Shown: positions 30,460-45,227 of the stretch, in pieces
Numbering within the stretch: the first letter of the stretch is position 1
Layout: each line of letters begins with the position of its first letter
DNA from: the human T2T-CHM13v2.0 reference genome, Homo sapiens
Reading direction: 5' to 3' (one strand)
DNA length: 64,000 nt
NCBI RefSeq assembly: GCF_009914755.1
Contig: NC_060929.1
Notes under the pieces: model-generated
Told to the model about the DNA's origin: nothing
The model's database searches: none
The model's input: only the letters and a program-made list of their open reading frames with translations
Program-made: the position numbers and the translations under genes

Positions 30460-30680
30460 TCATTCTGTGCCAAAAATATTCTAAACACTTTCTTTATCTT
30501 GTTTAATCCTCAAAACATTCCAGAAGAAAGATAGAACAATTTCTATTTTATAGGCGAGGAAACTGAGGCTCAGAGATATTAAGTATGTTGCCAACATGTT
30601 AAGATGTTGGCAGAGTTAGTTGTGGAGCCAGGATTTAGACCAAGGCAGTTCGTCTCCCCAAATATAAGGTTCTAGGCCTT
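30460..30680 (-). mobile_element. MIR
   Basis: ATTTTATAGGCGAGGAAACTGAGGCTCAGAGATATTAAG MIR core. Confidence 0.85.
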
Positions 30681-31809
30681 TTATGTTTTTCATCCATCAA
30701 GGAAGATGGCTTTGCCAGGCCAATGGGGGTATATTGGCTTTTTCATCTCAGTTAACCTTGGGATAAGTGCTAGGGAAATACCTAGCTTATATGAAAAGAA
30801 TCTTTTTGTCCTGGTTTTGATCTAGTTCCCTGGCAGCCTGGTTAAGACTTGTCTTAACACATACATTTCTCTTGCCAAAGCACACGTGGTATGTTTGGAC
30901 ATATGGTCTCATTTTTATGATCTTTTCACCTTTACATATTTTAAATATTTCACGGTGGGATTAATTATTTGTGGTGACCAAGATTGGCAGCTGCTCTTAT
31001 GGGGCCATGTTGGGAATCCCTAAGGAATGAGAGGGTTGATACTCTGTGGAACATGACTTTTAAAGGTAAATATATAAATATAAATATAAAGGAGAAATAT
31101 CTGACATACTCATTAATGATCAGAGCCTAGTGATGTCTTATGGTAAATTGGTACATTTACTCTGAGTCCTATCACTATAAATGGTTTTGAAATTAGCCTT
31201 ATTGTGCTTCTAGCCTTTAAAAAATGTACACATATTGGGTAATCTGAATTGCTTAGAAAATGACCATCTAACTCATCCTTGCTTTTTATGCTCTGAATGA
31301 ATAGTTGAACTGGAAGCATTAAAATATTGAAAACAGTAAGATTGGCTAAAGGACTTCAACTTTATTGAGCCTTAAAACTATGCCTCAGGTAAACCTGATG
31401 GTGAGATTTCTAACCTCATAGTATTCAAATAACTTTAATGCAATTTTAACTACAGAATGGGATGGTAAACCAAATTCTTATCCATCTTATCCAAAGTAGC
31501 CCTTTGACAATGTAGACAAAATAAAATTAACAACATTTGTGAAGCACCGAGTAGAGCTCACAAGAGAAGAGGTGTGCTCTTCGAAGATCTTATATAAAAC
31601 TCATATGGTATATGTACAGCATATGTTTACCATTGCTTCAACTGATTAACTTCAACAAACCATGTTGGTGGACTCATATGAGTTTGCATGTAGAAGTAGT
31701 AAAGAGCCTAGATTCTGTGGCACAGTTTCCTTAGGTTTTAATCCACTGAACAAGCTTGTGAGCCTAAATCCTGAATATCTGGAAAGGCTTCTTACCTACC
31801 CTATAAACA

Positions 31810-32010
31810 TGGGTCAATTTTGCCCTCCAGAGAACATTTGGCAATGTCTGGAGACATTTTTGTTTGTTAAACTGGGGAAAAGGATGTCACTGTCATCTAG
31901 TGCATAGAGGCCAAGGATGCTGCTAAACATTCAACAATGCACAGGAGAGTGCCCCACAACAAAGAATTATTTGGCCCAAAATACAATAGTTGTTGAGGTT
32001 GAGAAACCCT
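31810..32010 (+). mobile_element. MER20 (hAT-Charlie MITE)
   Basis: ACATTTGGCAATGTCTGGAGACATTTT...GATGCTGCTAAACAT...GAGGTTGAGAAACCCTG. Confidence 0.9.
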
Positions 32011-32352
32011 GCTATAAACCAAGACCACCTAAGTTAGTTTTTGTAGATCCCACGCTATTTCCTGATTAGATCTCAGAAAAGTTTCTTGCACTGTACAGTT
32101 AAGTTAAAAATGGAACTGAATAAAGTACCTGGGGAGAATTTAGTCTCCAGGTTGATTAACAATTGTTTTGAAATGTGAGCTTTGAAACCTTTCTAGATTT
32201 GTTATTAACTGTTTTAGCAAGGTCCTCTTTGAATAAATCTAATGTATATTTATTCCATATTCAAAAAGATAACTTTTTGATAGCTTAATATAACCTTTAC
32301 TGCCTGAAAATACTCACTTATTGAACAGCAATTCTGGGGTTTTCAGACCAAG

Positions 32353-33392
32353 TGTCTTAATCCATTTTGTGTTGTTATAACAGAATATGTGATACACAAA
32401 ATAAATTATAATGAGCAGAAATTTATTTCTTACTGTTCTTGCAGGTTGCAAAGTCCAAGATCAAGGGACTGGAATCTTATGAGGGCCTTCTGCTATGAGA
32501 GTCACATGGCAGAAGGGCAAGAGAAGACAAGAGAGAATGCAAGAGGAGGAAAAACTCATCCTTTTATGATGGCACTAATTCCACTCATGAGGGTGTAGCC
32601 CTAATGGCCTCATCACCTCTTAAAGGACCTACTTCTTACTTCTGTTACACTGACAAATTGCAACATGAGTTTTGGAAAGGACAAACATTCAAACCATAGA
32701 ATTATGCTCCTGCCCACCCCCACCTAAACTCATGTCCTCACACACAAAATACATTCGTTGCTTCCCAGTAGTCCCAAAAGTCTTAACTCATTCTAGCCCC
32801 AGCTCAGAAGTCTAAAGCCCAGAGTCTCATCTAAATCAAATATGGGTGAAGCCCAAGGCACAATTCATCTTGAGGGAAATTCTCCTCCAGCTGTGAGTCT
32901 GTGAAATCAAAACAAATTATGGGCTTCCAAGACACAATGGTAGGACAGACATAGACTAGACATTCCCATATCAAAAGGGGTAAATACGCAAGAAAAAAAG
33001 GGGTAACTGGTCCCAAGCAAGTCCAAACCCCAACAGGGAAAACAACATTAAATCTTAAAGCTGGAGACTAATCTTTCTTGACTCCATGTCCCTGGGCACA
33101 ATGGGGTGGGGGTTGGGCCCCCAACACCTTAGGCAACCCTGCTTTACAGCTTTACTGGACTCAGTCCATGTAGGAGTTCTCACAGGTTGGAGTCTCATTC
33201 CTGCAGCTCTCCCACACTGTCATTGCTCACTGGTAGCTCTACAGTTTTGGGGTCTTGGGAGTAGCCCCATCCCCACAACTCTACTAGGCCTCATGGGGAT
33301 TCTCAACAATGGTTTTTACCTCTTAAAACAGTTACAATGGCAATTAAATTTCAACATGAGTTTTGCAGTGGACAGACAGTCAAACCACAGCA
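32353..33392 (-). mobile_element. MST-type MaLR: LTR, partial internal region and stub of second LTR
   Basis: LTR 32353-~32700; internal AAAGTCTTAACTCATTC...CAATGGTAGGACAGACATAG; repeated LTR end CAACATGAGTTTTG...CAAACCACAGCA at ~33320-33392. Confidence 0.82.
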
Positions 33393-34667
33393 CCAATGTT
33401 TTACATGAGGAATGGGTGGATTGTAGATAAGGCTATTTCAGCAAATATTATTATTATTAGAGATTTCACTATTTCAAGAAGAATGAAACCAGAGACTGTA
33501 TCATTCATGGCTTTATTACTTATTGTCAGAAATCCTTTATCAGCTCACTGGCACAAGCTAGACATAGAATCCTACTTAAAATTGACATTTAGACAGATTG
33601 CTGCATAAAAGAGTCAGGATTAGTAGAAGTGATCTTCCTATTAAATTTTGTACTAGGTTAAAATGGAAAGGCTCTACACTGCCCTCATTTCCATTTCTAT
33701 CTCCACCCTTTCACTTGTTTCTCAGTTATCTGATAGTTCTCTTAAAGGGTTGGATGCGTTTATCCTTTCTCAGTGGATAGAAAACAAATTCTTTTTGTGA
33801 TTTAAAAAAAGTTATTATTTGAAAGAAAAGTAGCTGAAATAAACAACTGGCCCTGTTAGCCAAGTACGTCAGATGGAATTTTTAATATTAATTACACTAA
33901 GTCAACTCTATTTTTGGCTGTATCCTCTAACCCTGCTTGTTTACTTTTAATTAATAAATAATTTATCCTGTCAAGTATACTAGGAAGTAGTATTACCGAA
34001 GCAAGGTGTGTGGGAGATTTACTGAATTTTTTTTTCCTTGGCTGCTGTTGTTGCTTAGGGGTTATAGGTGTTTTAAGCTTTTTTCAGCCTAAAATCATTA
34101 CAGTCATGCTGTATGGAACAAAGAGAGGGTAGACAGGTATATAGCTTTGCTGAGCAGTGATGTTTAAGCTGAGATCTGAATGACAGCAGGGTTACAGTCA
34201 TGGGATGATATGCAGGAAAGGTGTTTTAAGTACAGGGCCAGGTTCACCGGCAGAGTTGACCTCAGGAGGAGATTTCTGTGTCTGTGCAGAAGTTGCTCTT
34301 TATTTATGCACTCCTTCCCAATGGAGCTCAAATACAGCCTCAGAAACCTTCTCTATGTAGACTTCAGGCAGCAATTATCAATAAGTCAGACTTTTATTTT
34401 AGAAATAAAACCAACCCCTGCCCTAGTAATAACAGGATTTCAGGGGCAATGGAAAACACCTTTTGTTCCTACTTTGACTTTCTTCTGCCCTCCCCCAGTA
34501 AAGATTACACTATCCAATCTTGTCACTGTTATGTGATATTATTTTTGACTGACAACACTATCATCCCTTCAGCAATTAGAAAGTGGAAATTGATGCTTAT
34601 ACATCCTTTCGACCTTTCTTCCTATCTGTTCTCTCTTCATGTCCCCTCTATGTCATCCCCTTATGCT

Positions 34668-34706
34668 CTTACCTTACCTTACCTTACCTTAAAGAAACTT
34701 ACCTTA
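34668..34706. repeat. Short (CTTAC)n pentamer repeat
   Basis: Seen directly. Confidence 0.8.
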
Positions 34707-34723
34707 AGATAACTCCCTCCTAA

Positions 34724-36514
34724 CATATCTTAATGTAATAAAAGCCATCTGTGACAAACCCACAGCCAACATAATACTGAATGAGGAAAAGTTGAAAGTA
34801 TTACCTCTGAGAAATGGAACAAGACAAGGATGCCCACTCTCACCACTTCTATTTGACACAGTACTGGAAGTTCTAGACAGAGCAATCAGACAAGAGAAAG
34901 AAATAAAAGGCATCCAAATTAGTAAAGAGGAAGTCAAACTGTTGCTGTTTGCTCATGATGTGATTGTATACCTAGAAAACTCTAAAGACTCCTTCAAAAA
35001 GCTCCTAGAACTGATAAATGAATTCAGTAAAGTTTCAGGATACAAAACTAATGTACACAAACCAGTAGCTCTGTTTTACACCAACAGAGACCAAGCTGAG
35101 AATCAAATCAAGAACTCAACCTGTTTTACAATAGCTGTAAAAAAAATCCTTAGGAATATACCTAACTAACCAAGGAGGTGAAAGACATCTACAAGGAAAA
35201 CTACAAAACACTGCTGAAAGAAATCATAGACAACACAAACAAGTGGAAACCCAACCCATGGTCATGGATGGGTAGAACCAATATTGTGAAAATTACCATA
35301 CTGCCAAAAGCTATCGACAAATTTAATGCAATTCCCATCAAACTATCACCGTGGTTCTTCACAGAACTAGAAAAAACAATTATAAAACTCATATGGACCA
35401 AAAAAGAGCTCACATAGCCAAAGCAAGACTAAGCAAAAAGAACAAATCTGGAGGCATCACATTACCTGACTTCAAACTATTCTATAAGGTCATAGTCGCC
35501 AAAACAGCATGGTACTGGTATAAAAATAGGCACACAGACCAATGGAACAGAATAGAGAACCCAGAAATAAAGCCAAATACTTAACAGCCAACTGATCCTT
35601 GACAAAGCAAACAAAAACATAAAGTGGGGATAGGAGACCCTATTCAACAAACGGTGCTGGGATAATTGTCAAGCCACACGTAGAAGAATGAAACTGTATC
35701 CTCATCTCTCACTTTATACAAAAATCAACTCAAGATGGATTAAGGACTTAAATCTAAAACCTGAAACCATAAACATTCTAGAAGATAATGTTGGAAAAAC
35801 CCTTGTAGACATTGGCTTACCCAAAGACTTTATGACCAAGAATGCAAAAGCAAATGCAACAAATACAAAGATAAATAGATGGGACTTAATAAAACTACAA
35901 AGCTTCTGCACAGTAAAAGAAACAGCAGAGTAAATGGACAACCAACAGAGTGGGAGAAAATCTTTGTAATGTATATATCCGACAAAGGACTAATATCCAG
36001 AATCTACAAGGAAACCAAACAAATTAGCAAGAAAAAACCAAACAATCTCATAAAAAAGTGGGCTAAGGACATGAATAAACAATTCTCAAAAGAAGATGTA
36101 CCAAATGGCCAAGAAACATATGAAAAAGTACTAAGCATCACTAGTGATCACGGAAATGCAAATCAAAACCACAGTGTGATACCGCCTTACTCCTGCAAGA
36201 ATGGGCATAATCAAAAAATAATAATAATTAATGTTGGTGGGGATGTGGTAAAAAGGGAACACTTTTACACTGCTGGTGGAAATGTAAACTAGTACAACCA
36301 CTATGGAAAACAGTGTGGAGATTCCTCAAAGAACTAAAAGTAGAACTACCATTTGATCTAGCAATCCCACTGCTGGGTATCTACCCAGAGGAAAAGAAGT
36401 CATTATACGAAAAAGATACTTGGATGCATATGTTTACAGCAGCACAATTCACAATTGCAAAAATAAGAAGCCAGCCCAAATGCCCATCAATCAAGGAGCG
36501 GATAAAGAAATTGT

Positions 36515-36566
<52 letters not shown>

Positions 36567-36956
36567 ATGGAATACTACTAAGCCATAAAAAAGGAACGAA
36601 ATAATGGCATTCACAGCAACTTGGTTGAAATTGGAGACCATTATTCTAAGTGAAATAACTCGGGAATGGAAAACTAAACATCACATGTTCTCACTTATAA
36701 GTGGGAGCTATGCTATGAGGATGTAAAGGCATAAGAATGATACAGTGGACTCTGGGGACTCAGGGTAAAGGGTGGGAGGTGGTTGAGAGACAAAAGACTA
36801 CAAATTGGGTACAGTCTATACTGCTTGGGTGATAGTTGCACTAAAATCTCAGAAGTCACCACTAAAGAACTTATTCATATAAGCAAACACCACCTGCTCC
36901 CCCAAAACCTATAGAAATAAAAAATAAAAATAAATTTAAAAACAAACAAACAAAAA
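34724..36956 (+). mobile_element. L1PB1-like 5'-truncated LINE
   Basis: ORF2 RT peptides ([24 protein letters not shown]); 3' UTR GGCATAAGAATGATACAGTGGAC...CACCACTAAAGAACTTATTC; imperfect TSD AACTC(C)CTCCTAA at 34711-34723 and 36957-36968. Confidence 0.93.
36517..36562. repeat. (TA)n microsatellite within L1PB1
   Basis: ~23 TA units seen directly. Confidence 0.97.
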
Positions 36957-38029
36957 AACTCCTCCTAAAACTGTTACTTGTAAAATCTGCCCTTTTATCT
37001 TCCCGACCTTTTAAGGTGCGGTCTAGGCCTTCTGCATACACATATTACGCATGCACATACTGACCACCTATTTGAATCTTAATCCTTAGCAGAGTGGCTT
37101 TCATCCCATTTACATTCTATTGATATTGCTGCTATTTTCCCTTAATCGAGGACTAGCAGTTGTACAGAATTTGTGGCAAAATACATAATACACATGTACA
37201 CATACCTCTTTAGGTGATTAAATGGATACATATATTCATCCAATTTCTCTGCCAGAAACTACGGATAAAGAGATTAACTAATTTATAGAAGAACACAGAG
37301 ATAATAAGTGGAAGAGCAAAGAATCAGTCCTGATCTAATCTTAAAGCCCCTTTACTGCCTTGAAAGACTTCCTTCATGCTGACTTTTCTTCTAGCCCTTA
37401 TATTCCTCAATCCAACACTGCCTGAAAGAACTTTCTGGCATGAAAAATTTGTTCTATAACTGCACTATTTTTTTTCTGGAAGCCATTTGCCGTATAAGAG
37501 CAAGAGCACAGGTCCTGGGGGCAGGGCACAGTTGTGAGTTCAAGAGGCTGGAGGAATACTGCAATGGCTACAGCACAGAGAGTGGTGGGAGATCACATCA
37601 AATGATGAGCAAGGCCCTCATTGTAAGGCTGTGTGGGTGAAATTTGGATTTCATTCTGAGTGCCACAGTGAAGCAGTAACAAAACCCTTTCCTGAGGAGC
37701 CTCTTGACTTTCACTCCTATTGAAACCATCATGCCCTTTATAGGTTCTTCAGCTTGTGAGAAAGGATATTGCCTGAATTAAAAGAACTGGCAATAAGTGA
37801 AAATTATTTAGAGAACAGACAGATAAAACAAAATTCTCAGAATCAGTTCAGTACTTCATGAACAGGGCAGCCAGTTACGTATTCAACTGTGAAAGACTGT
37901 CCATTCCCAAGGTTTTGACTTCAGATTATTTCAGGCCTGGTAGAACTTGGTTATACCAGTGGGATCTTTTATAGAGGTTGTAAAAACTTATCTCTGTTTT
38001 GGGGCTAGAATCTTTATCTAGGTGTTGCA

Positions 38030-38260
38030 CAGAGTGTTGACGCTGGAGCAAGCTGCTCAGGTTCAAATCTCAGCTTTTCATTTACTAGCTAAATATACTG
38101 AACAGTTGTTTTATGCTTCAGTTTCCTCATTGGTAAAGTAGGGATAATAGTATTTAACTTACAGGTTGATGGGGGATTAACAGTACATATATGTCATTTA
38201 TGACAGGTTGCTAGAGCAGTGCTAGTAATGTCAGCTTTGGTTATTATTATCATTATTAAT
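38030..38260 (+). mobile_element. MIR
   Basis: GGTTCAAATCTCAGC...CTTCAGTTTCCTCATTGGTAAAGTAGGGATAATAGTA. Confidence 0.8.
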
Positions 38261-40690
38261 ATTTATCTCTCCTATTCTCTCTTTTTAATAGGGTTTTGAA
38301 CTTTTGGGTTCACTGTTTTTCACATAAACATTTATTTAGGAACTAAATATCAAACTTGCCTCTTTCCCTTAGCATGCTAAGATAAATGGATATTCCTGAG
38401 TCTGAGGGAAGTTAAGGACAGAGTTTGAACCTAAGTTTTATTCTTATAATAGCAATTTTTTGGGAAGGACCCAGGGAGCAGTGTTTTCTTTCCAATGAGA
38501 TGTCAAACTCTCGGATGATATGGAGCTTGTGTTGTAGAGAGATGATTAGTATTTTTGGAACCTCACCCTTTTGTCTAACACTTTGTATAGAGTGACAATA
38601 ATGAAAGGAAGACTAAACATAGAGTCAGGATTACAGGGTTCAAATCTAAATTCTGTTCCCAACTAGCTGTGTGACCTTGGACAATGGAGCACCATTATAA
38701 AATTGGAGGAGGGTTTAATTACATAATCTCTGAAGCACTTTCTGGTATTAACATTATACAGTTCAGAGTATATTTCCTACAAACCCTTGCTTTAGGCAAA
38801 GTCTCTACATAAGGAGAAGTCTCGGAGAAAGGGTAATAGAAAAAAAGAGCAATATAAGGGAAAACAAAAACAAAGGAGAACTAGATTATTAGGAAAGAAG
38901 TATAATAAGAAAAGGAAACTAAAGAAAAGCAGGTTTAGTCAGATAACTTGCTAACCTTTTAAATTGAACACTCACCTTATGCCATGCCCTGGGGATGTGA
39001 CAGTGAACAGGCCTTTGTAGAATTTACAGAGTGTTGGGGAATATGTAAACAGGTGGCTATAAAGACAACATAAAATGCTAACGTCACTTGTAGGATAGAG
39101 TGAGGCTTCCCTGAAAAGAATGGTGGAGTCTGAGGGCAAAACATTCTAGGTACAGAAGGTATCTACGAAGGTCCTGGGATAGGAGAGAGCTGGTATTTTC
39201 AAAAACACAGGGATTTTATGCATGGAGGCGATCAGGAAAAAAAAATGAAGCAAGAATAAATGAGCATATTCTCCAAGGACCAACTAACAGGGTTGAGATA
39301 AATATTATCCATTTTATCCCCTCCTGCATCTGCTGTAATGTAGGATGGCCTGAAATGAAACACCCATGTGGTTTGACCCTCCCCAGTTGCTATTGCTCAT
39401 CCTATAATAAGCAGTAACACAAATCCTAGCCTAGTGATTCCCCAGTGAATCCTTTCCTGGCCATCTTAAGGCAAAAAAAGAGCCTTGTGTTTTGACGGGG
39501 AAATTCTTTAGTACAGAAAAAAAGTGAGGAGAGAAAGTTCAATATGCTTCCCTCTGTTTCCCTCCTACTCTCATATCTGCATCCCATGCAAAGCATTCCC
39601 CTTTTTCTTAGATTCTATCTTCCTCCCTCAAGAACAGCTTTTACCTCCCCGTTTTTTTTTTTCTTTTTCTACTTTTGGCCCAAATCATAGTACTGAAAAT
39701 GTAAAACCTGCAGTTTTGGGTATGTTACCAAAGGAAACAGTTTTACTTAAAATCTTGTTTTTGCCAAAATATTTTCAAAGTAGCTGGAGAGCTGTCAAAC
39801 CACAGTGGCTCTCAGCTGCGTTTCCTTCTAGCATTTCCCCAGGTTCTCCCAGCACAGCACTCAGTAATTGGATATTATTTGAGGAGAAGGGAAAAAAATG
39901 CTGCACGAGAGAGTTTGTAGATTTAAGAATTATTCTCCGGGTGCTGAAGGCCAGAGATCCAGAGGTGCTCAGCTGCCAAACTCCAGGGCTGCGTGACTGT
40001 GTATCATTCCTAGATGTAGCTTTCAGCGGGGAGACCCGGAGGAAACATGCTGGTAACTGTCAATATTTGGATTGCCATTCCAAAGTCTTTAGATTGTTTT
40101 CTGCCCTTCCTCATGTGGCTTTGACCAAAAGAATTTATTCTGAGAAAAAAAAGTACTGAAAACTGTTTAAAATGACATGCTTTTTGACATTGCAGGTACT
40201 GACAGCCTTCCCCTTCTCCTAACCATCTCTTCTAACCCTGGCTAGCATTAGTGGGTTTTAGGCACCAGGATTATATCTTTAGACAAATTTAAAAGTAGGC
40301 AGTTAACTTTTATGCTCCTCTAACAACTTTCTTCAAGGACCTTAGAGGAGGTACCAGCTTAATATTTAAGAACTTATTATTTATTAAGAGGCAGTAGTTA
40401 CCATGCTCACTTAACTCATCCAGAAACTTAAGTTCAGGAAGTGATATGACTTTCCCAAGATCATACAACAATCCTAAACTGCTTCTTCCTTACATCATGC
40501 TTCTAATACATGTTGTTGTAAGATAGAACAAAATTAATTAAATTAAATTATAATAAAAATAATAATTTCAATAACCATATAGGAATCATGATAATTATCA
40601 ATTATCAAAATGGTTATCACAAATCGACAATAGATGTGGCATCAGGACTCAAGTGCCACTGCTTTCCAAATATTTTTACCAGATCTGCTA

Positions 40691-41030
40691 TGTCATTAGG
40701 GTCCTGGTAGGAAACAGATGTTATACTCTGAAGCAGTAACTGAAGAGAGTTAAACGGAGTGGACAGGGTCAAGGGAGCCAATGAGAGGATACAGCAGCCA
40801 GGGCTGGTAACAGTGAGAAGCAACTGACACTCCATCAGCCCCAGGCCTGGAGGGGCTGGGAAGGAGCAGTGACGAGAACCCAGTGAAACCTCTCACTACA
40901 GCAGAGGGGCTGCCTAACATGAGCTGATGGGGAAAAAACCCAGACCTTGCTTTTCTCTTCTTTCTTCTCTCCTGAAAGGGCCACCCATTGACGAAATCCA
41001 ACAACAAGCCAGAGGACAAAGAAGACTGAG
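40691..41030 (-). mobile_element. Ancient LTR (LTR33-like)
   Basis: TGTCATTAGGGTCCTGGTAGGAAACAGATG...GGGCTGGTAACAGTGAGAAGC. Confidence 0.5.
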
Positions 41031-41039
41031 TGACGATGT

Positions 41040-41990
41040 CTGGAGGGCTTAGATTTCTTCTCTTAAATACCATTTATGTGCTGATGACAGCCAGTTTTTT
41101 TAAATCTCTAGTCTTGAATTTCAGTCTTGAATTTCAATTTTCTTCTAGGTATCTCCTAACTGAACTCCTGACTGTTCATCGAAGTTCATTCCTCCAACAA
41201 TCCTCTCTATCTCAATTGCTACCATCTCCTACCAAATGCAGGCCAAAAATCTTGGAGACATCCCTAAGTGCTCTTTTCCCCTCCTGACCACCATCCTATC
41301 CTTTAGCAAATCTTGTTGACTCTGCTTCCACATACATCCAGAATCCCACTCCTTCTCCCTGCTTTCGACACTACCACCACAATTCTAATAACCAATTGCC
41401 TGGAATGTTACACTAGATATGCTGTTTCCACCCCTGCCCTCTTATGGTTTAATCTCAAGACAGAAACTAAAGTGATACTTTGAACAACCTAAGTTAGACC
41501 ATGTCAGACTTCTATTCAGAATGTCTAATAGCCTTCTACTTCACTCAAACTAGAGTAAGTCAAATCCTTACAACTGGTCTATAAGACCCCACGAGATCTC
41601 CCATCCATTCTCTTACCTCTGTGACTTCATTCCCCATTACTCCCCCACTTCTCTTATCCTTTCTGCTAATGCTAAACTCCTTTCTGTGCTTAAAATAAAC
41701 CAGGTACACTCTTATTTGAAAAAGTATTTGCACTTGTTCAATGTGCCTGGTACACTCTTCCCCCAAGTATCTGAGTGGCTCAGTCCTAAATCTCCTTTGA
41801 ATTTTTGTCAACTGTCACCTCAAAGAGGCCTTCCCTAACTACCTTAGATTAAAATGCAACTATCCCCCAACCCTAGCATTCCCAACCCATTTCCTCATTT
41901 CATTTTTCCCATAATACTTAAGACCATCTGACACATTGTATATTTTACTTTTTGTTTGTTTATGACCTGCCTTTCCCTGCTTGCACTCTT
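41040..41990 (+). mobile_element. L2 LINE 3' remnant
   Basis: AAATACCATTTATGTGCTGATGAC; GGCCAAAAATCTTGGAGACATCC; CAAATCCTTACAACTGGTCTATAAGACCC. Confidence 0.8.
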
Positions 41991-42281
41991 ATCTCCACTG
42001 TGATAAAAGATCCGTAACCCTGACATGCTCATGGGACCATAAGGAGACATGAGCAATTATCTAAGTTTTGTTGCATGAAATAAATCTATTTCCTCATAGC
42101 ACTTGATAGTACTTGCACAGGATTGCATAAATGCTTCCTAGCTTGAACCAGAAGTTTTAAACATACTTAGACTAGGGTTCAAGTATGATTTGGGCAATGT
42201 TTGAGTCCTTTATTTCTTGATAATATGAGAAAAGGCTCCAAAGTAGTTGAGCTATGTAAGGATTCTAGATATTCTGTCTAG

Positions 42282-42637
<356 letters not shown>

Positions 42638-43275
42638 CCCAGCCTAATGTTTAAGATTTTAGTGTATAAGACCTTAAAAAGTAGTAAGGTATTGTAAGGC
42701 CTCACACAATCTGAAGGTCAAAACTGGTAAAATAACAAATTATTGAAAAATATTTCTAACCTTTTTCCCTTTGCTGTATTAAACAGATATCAATAAGTTG
42801 ATATTTGCTGAATGAGTACACAAAACTTTGCTAACTTTCAGCAGAGTGGAGAACTCGAAAAGAAGTTAATAACCACTGAGAGGTTTCCTTATGCAGAGAA
42901 TAGAATAGGCACTAGCCATATAATGTGATTTCAGGGACCCAAGAGGCCCCAAAGTGAAAAGAAATCCTTCCTTATAAGCTTGCTGATACATAAAATTCCA
43001 CATTCCACAGTCTAACTTTTACTTAATCATTAAATCCTGATTAAATGCAAATATCCCCTGTGTGGGGTCCTCCATCAGTTATTTATTCCTCAGAGTAAAA
43101 AAAATTGAGAACAGGTTTTGCCAAGGGGCATATGAATAGTTATGAGCAGCTTGAGGAAGCTGTGATCCAGGAAACAAAAGATTAAGTGGCTCAGATGGCA
43201 AACTTCACCAACTTAATAGTTTTGCCTGTATTTAATCTCACTATATTGGTTTTAAAGATTCTTTATCTCCAAGAT

Positions 43276-43662
43276 TGATATGGTTTGGCTGGGTCCCCAC
43301 CCAAATCTCATGTTAAACTATAATCCCCATGTGCTGAAGGAGGGCCTGGTGGGAGGTAATTGAGTCATGGGGGTGGACTTTGCTCTTGCTGTTCCTGTGA
43401 TAGTGAATGAGTTCTCATGAGATCTAGTTGTTTAAAAGTGTGTAGCGCTTCCCACTTTGCACTCTCTCTCTCTTTCCTGCTCCACCATGGTAAGACATGC
43501 TTGCTTCCCCTTCACCTTCCGCCATGATCGTAAGTTTCCTGAGGCCTCCCAGCCATGCTTCCTGTTAAAAGTGCAGAACTGTGAGTCAATTAAACCTCTT
43601 TTCTTCATAAATTATCAAGTCTCAGGTAGTTCTTTATAGGAGTGTGAGAACGGACTAATACA
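43276..43662 (+). mobile_element. THE1D/MSTA MaLR solo LTR
   Basis: TGATATGGTTTGGCTG...CCCAAATCTCATG...GTGAGTCAATTAAACCTCTTTTC...GGACTAATACA. Confidence 0.92.
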
Positions 43663-45227
43663 AAATGTAATGTCTTTTGGGGTAAGTTGTCATTTCTGAG
43701 ACACAGGTCAGCTTTCATATATCTGGACATGGGGCTGGCGGGTGTAGAGGAGTGGTAACTATCAGACATGTGAATTATACAATCCTTCTTTTATTTCCTA
43801 TCTGACCCTTGTACTTCTCATTCTGTCTTTATAATGAATTTAGCAGAATCAATGAGACTAGTAGCAAATTTAGTCAAAGAAGTTGATAGTAATGACTAAA
43901 ATCCTTTCAGTACCCTTAATGCATGGATGGATTTCAATTACTCAGCCTCTTTTTCCCATTATCTAAGTTCTCACACTAGAAGATAAATCACATTGTGATA
44001 TGTACTCATTAGGCTAATCTTCATAACAATTCTCCTCTAAGAAACACTGGGTCACTTGATCACCACCAAATATTGAATTATATTAAAGGACTTATAAAGA
44101 AATATGGTAGAGTAAATATATAATTACAGAAATTCCCTTGTTGATGGCCCAGGAAAGATGACTGAAGGGGAGGTGAATGAAAAGCCAGAAAAACTAAGGA
44201 GAGTCACAATTTTGTTTTTTCCTGGCTTAAAGGAATGTGAGAGAAATACCTCAGGAATAATTATCTGGAACTGACTGTCTATAATAGATAAAAGTTTGGC
44301 AGGAGAAAACATTGGAATAAGAGGAAACTGCCACTCCCCAAACCACTGGATACTTTTTCATAGTAGCTAAAAAGCATCACATTGTATAGAAAACCACTAA
44401 ATTTTGAGTTTATCTCCAACATTCCCTCAAATGAGAGGAGAAATGGCTGGAAAATGGTGAGTTAAGCAATTGTTGTTTTCATATATCCAAAGACTCAGTG
44501 CAGCGAAACTGGTGGACTCACCCTAAGATGGGGAAATGATCCAAAGTTCCCCCACAAATAGACAGTATAAGATCTAGTACAAAAGGTTTAACAAACTTCC
44601 AAAGAAAGAGATTAAAGATAAAATCCTTGAATAGAACTGATGCATAGCTCTAGTCCCTCTCTCCTCCATGCTACCACTCCCCTTCTCCAGGTAACTAAAA
44701 ATTCTAACATAAAATCCAGCCAATAAGATCAAGGGGGATTTACAAGAAGGACCAGAGATAAAGTGGAAAGGTAGGCAAGGAGAATCTACCCATATATTTG
44801 GGAAATGAGTGGAGGGAGTAGAAAACGTGAAGCAGCTACAACAAAACAATACAGCAAAAGAAAATAAAATTTTGACAATAAAAAACAAATAACATGTAAG
44901 CATATATTCTGCAACCTACAAAAATTATCCAGTCTGGATGAAAGACATTGGTAATAAAAAAATCTTTATTAATTAAATAAAATTAAGGAAAAGATAAAAT
45001 GTTTGAAAGAAGAAATTCAAGATGAAATGATGGTGACACAATGAGGTAAAAATGTGACTGGAGAATGAACTGGGGACAAAATAAAACTAAGAACCAATTA
45101 ATTATTTTTAAGTAACAACAAATAAGTGATTGTAGCAAAAGACCAAGTTGGTGACAATCTCAAGAAAATACTAACAGAATGCCTAACATAGATAAATGGT
45201 AAAAGGAAGTAAAGAGAAGCTATGGTG

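Noticed and set aside
39524-40159. 211-aa ORF, the longest non-TE ORF
   Set aside because: Starts at GTG, runs through poly-T and poly-A tracts, and has no recognisable domain or convincing exon structure; likely chance. The unique sequence may be regulatory, but I cannot support that.
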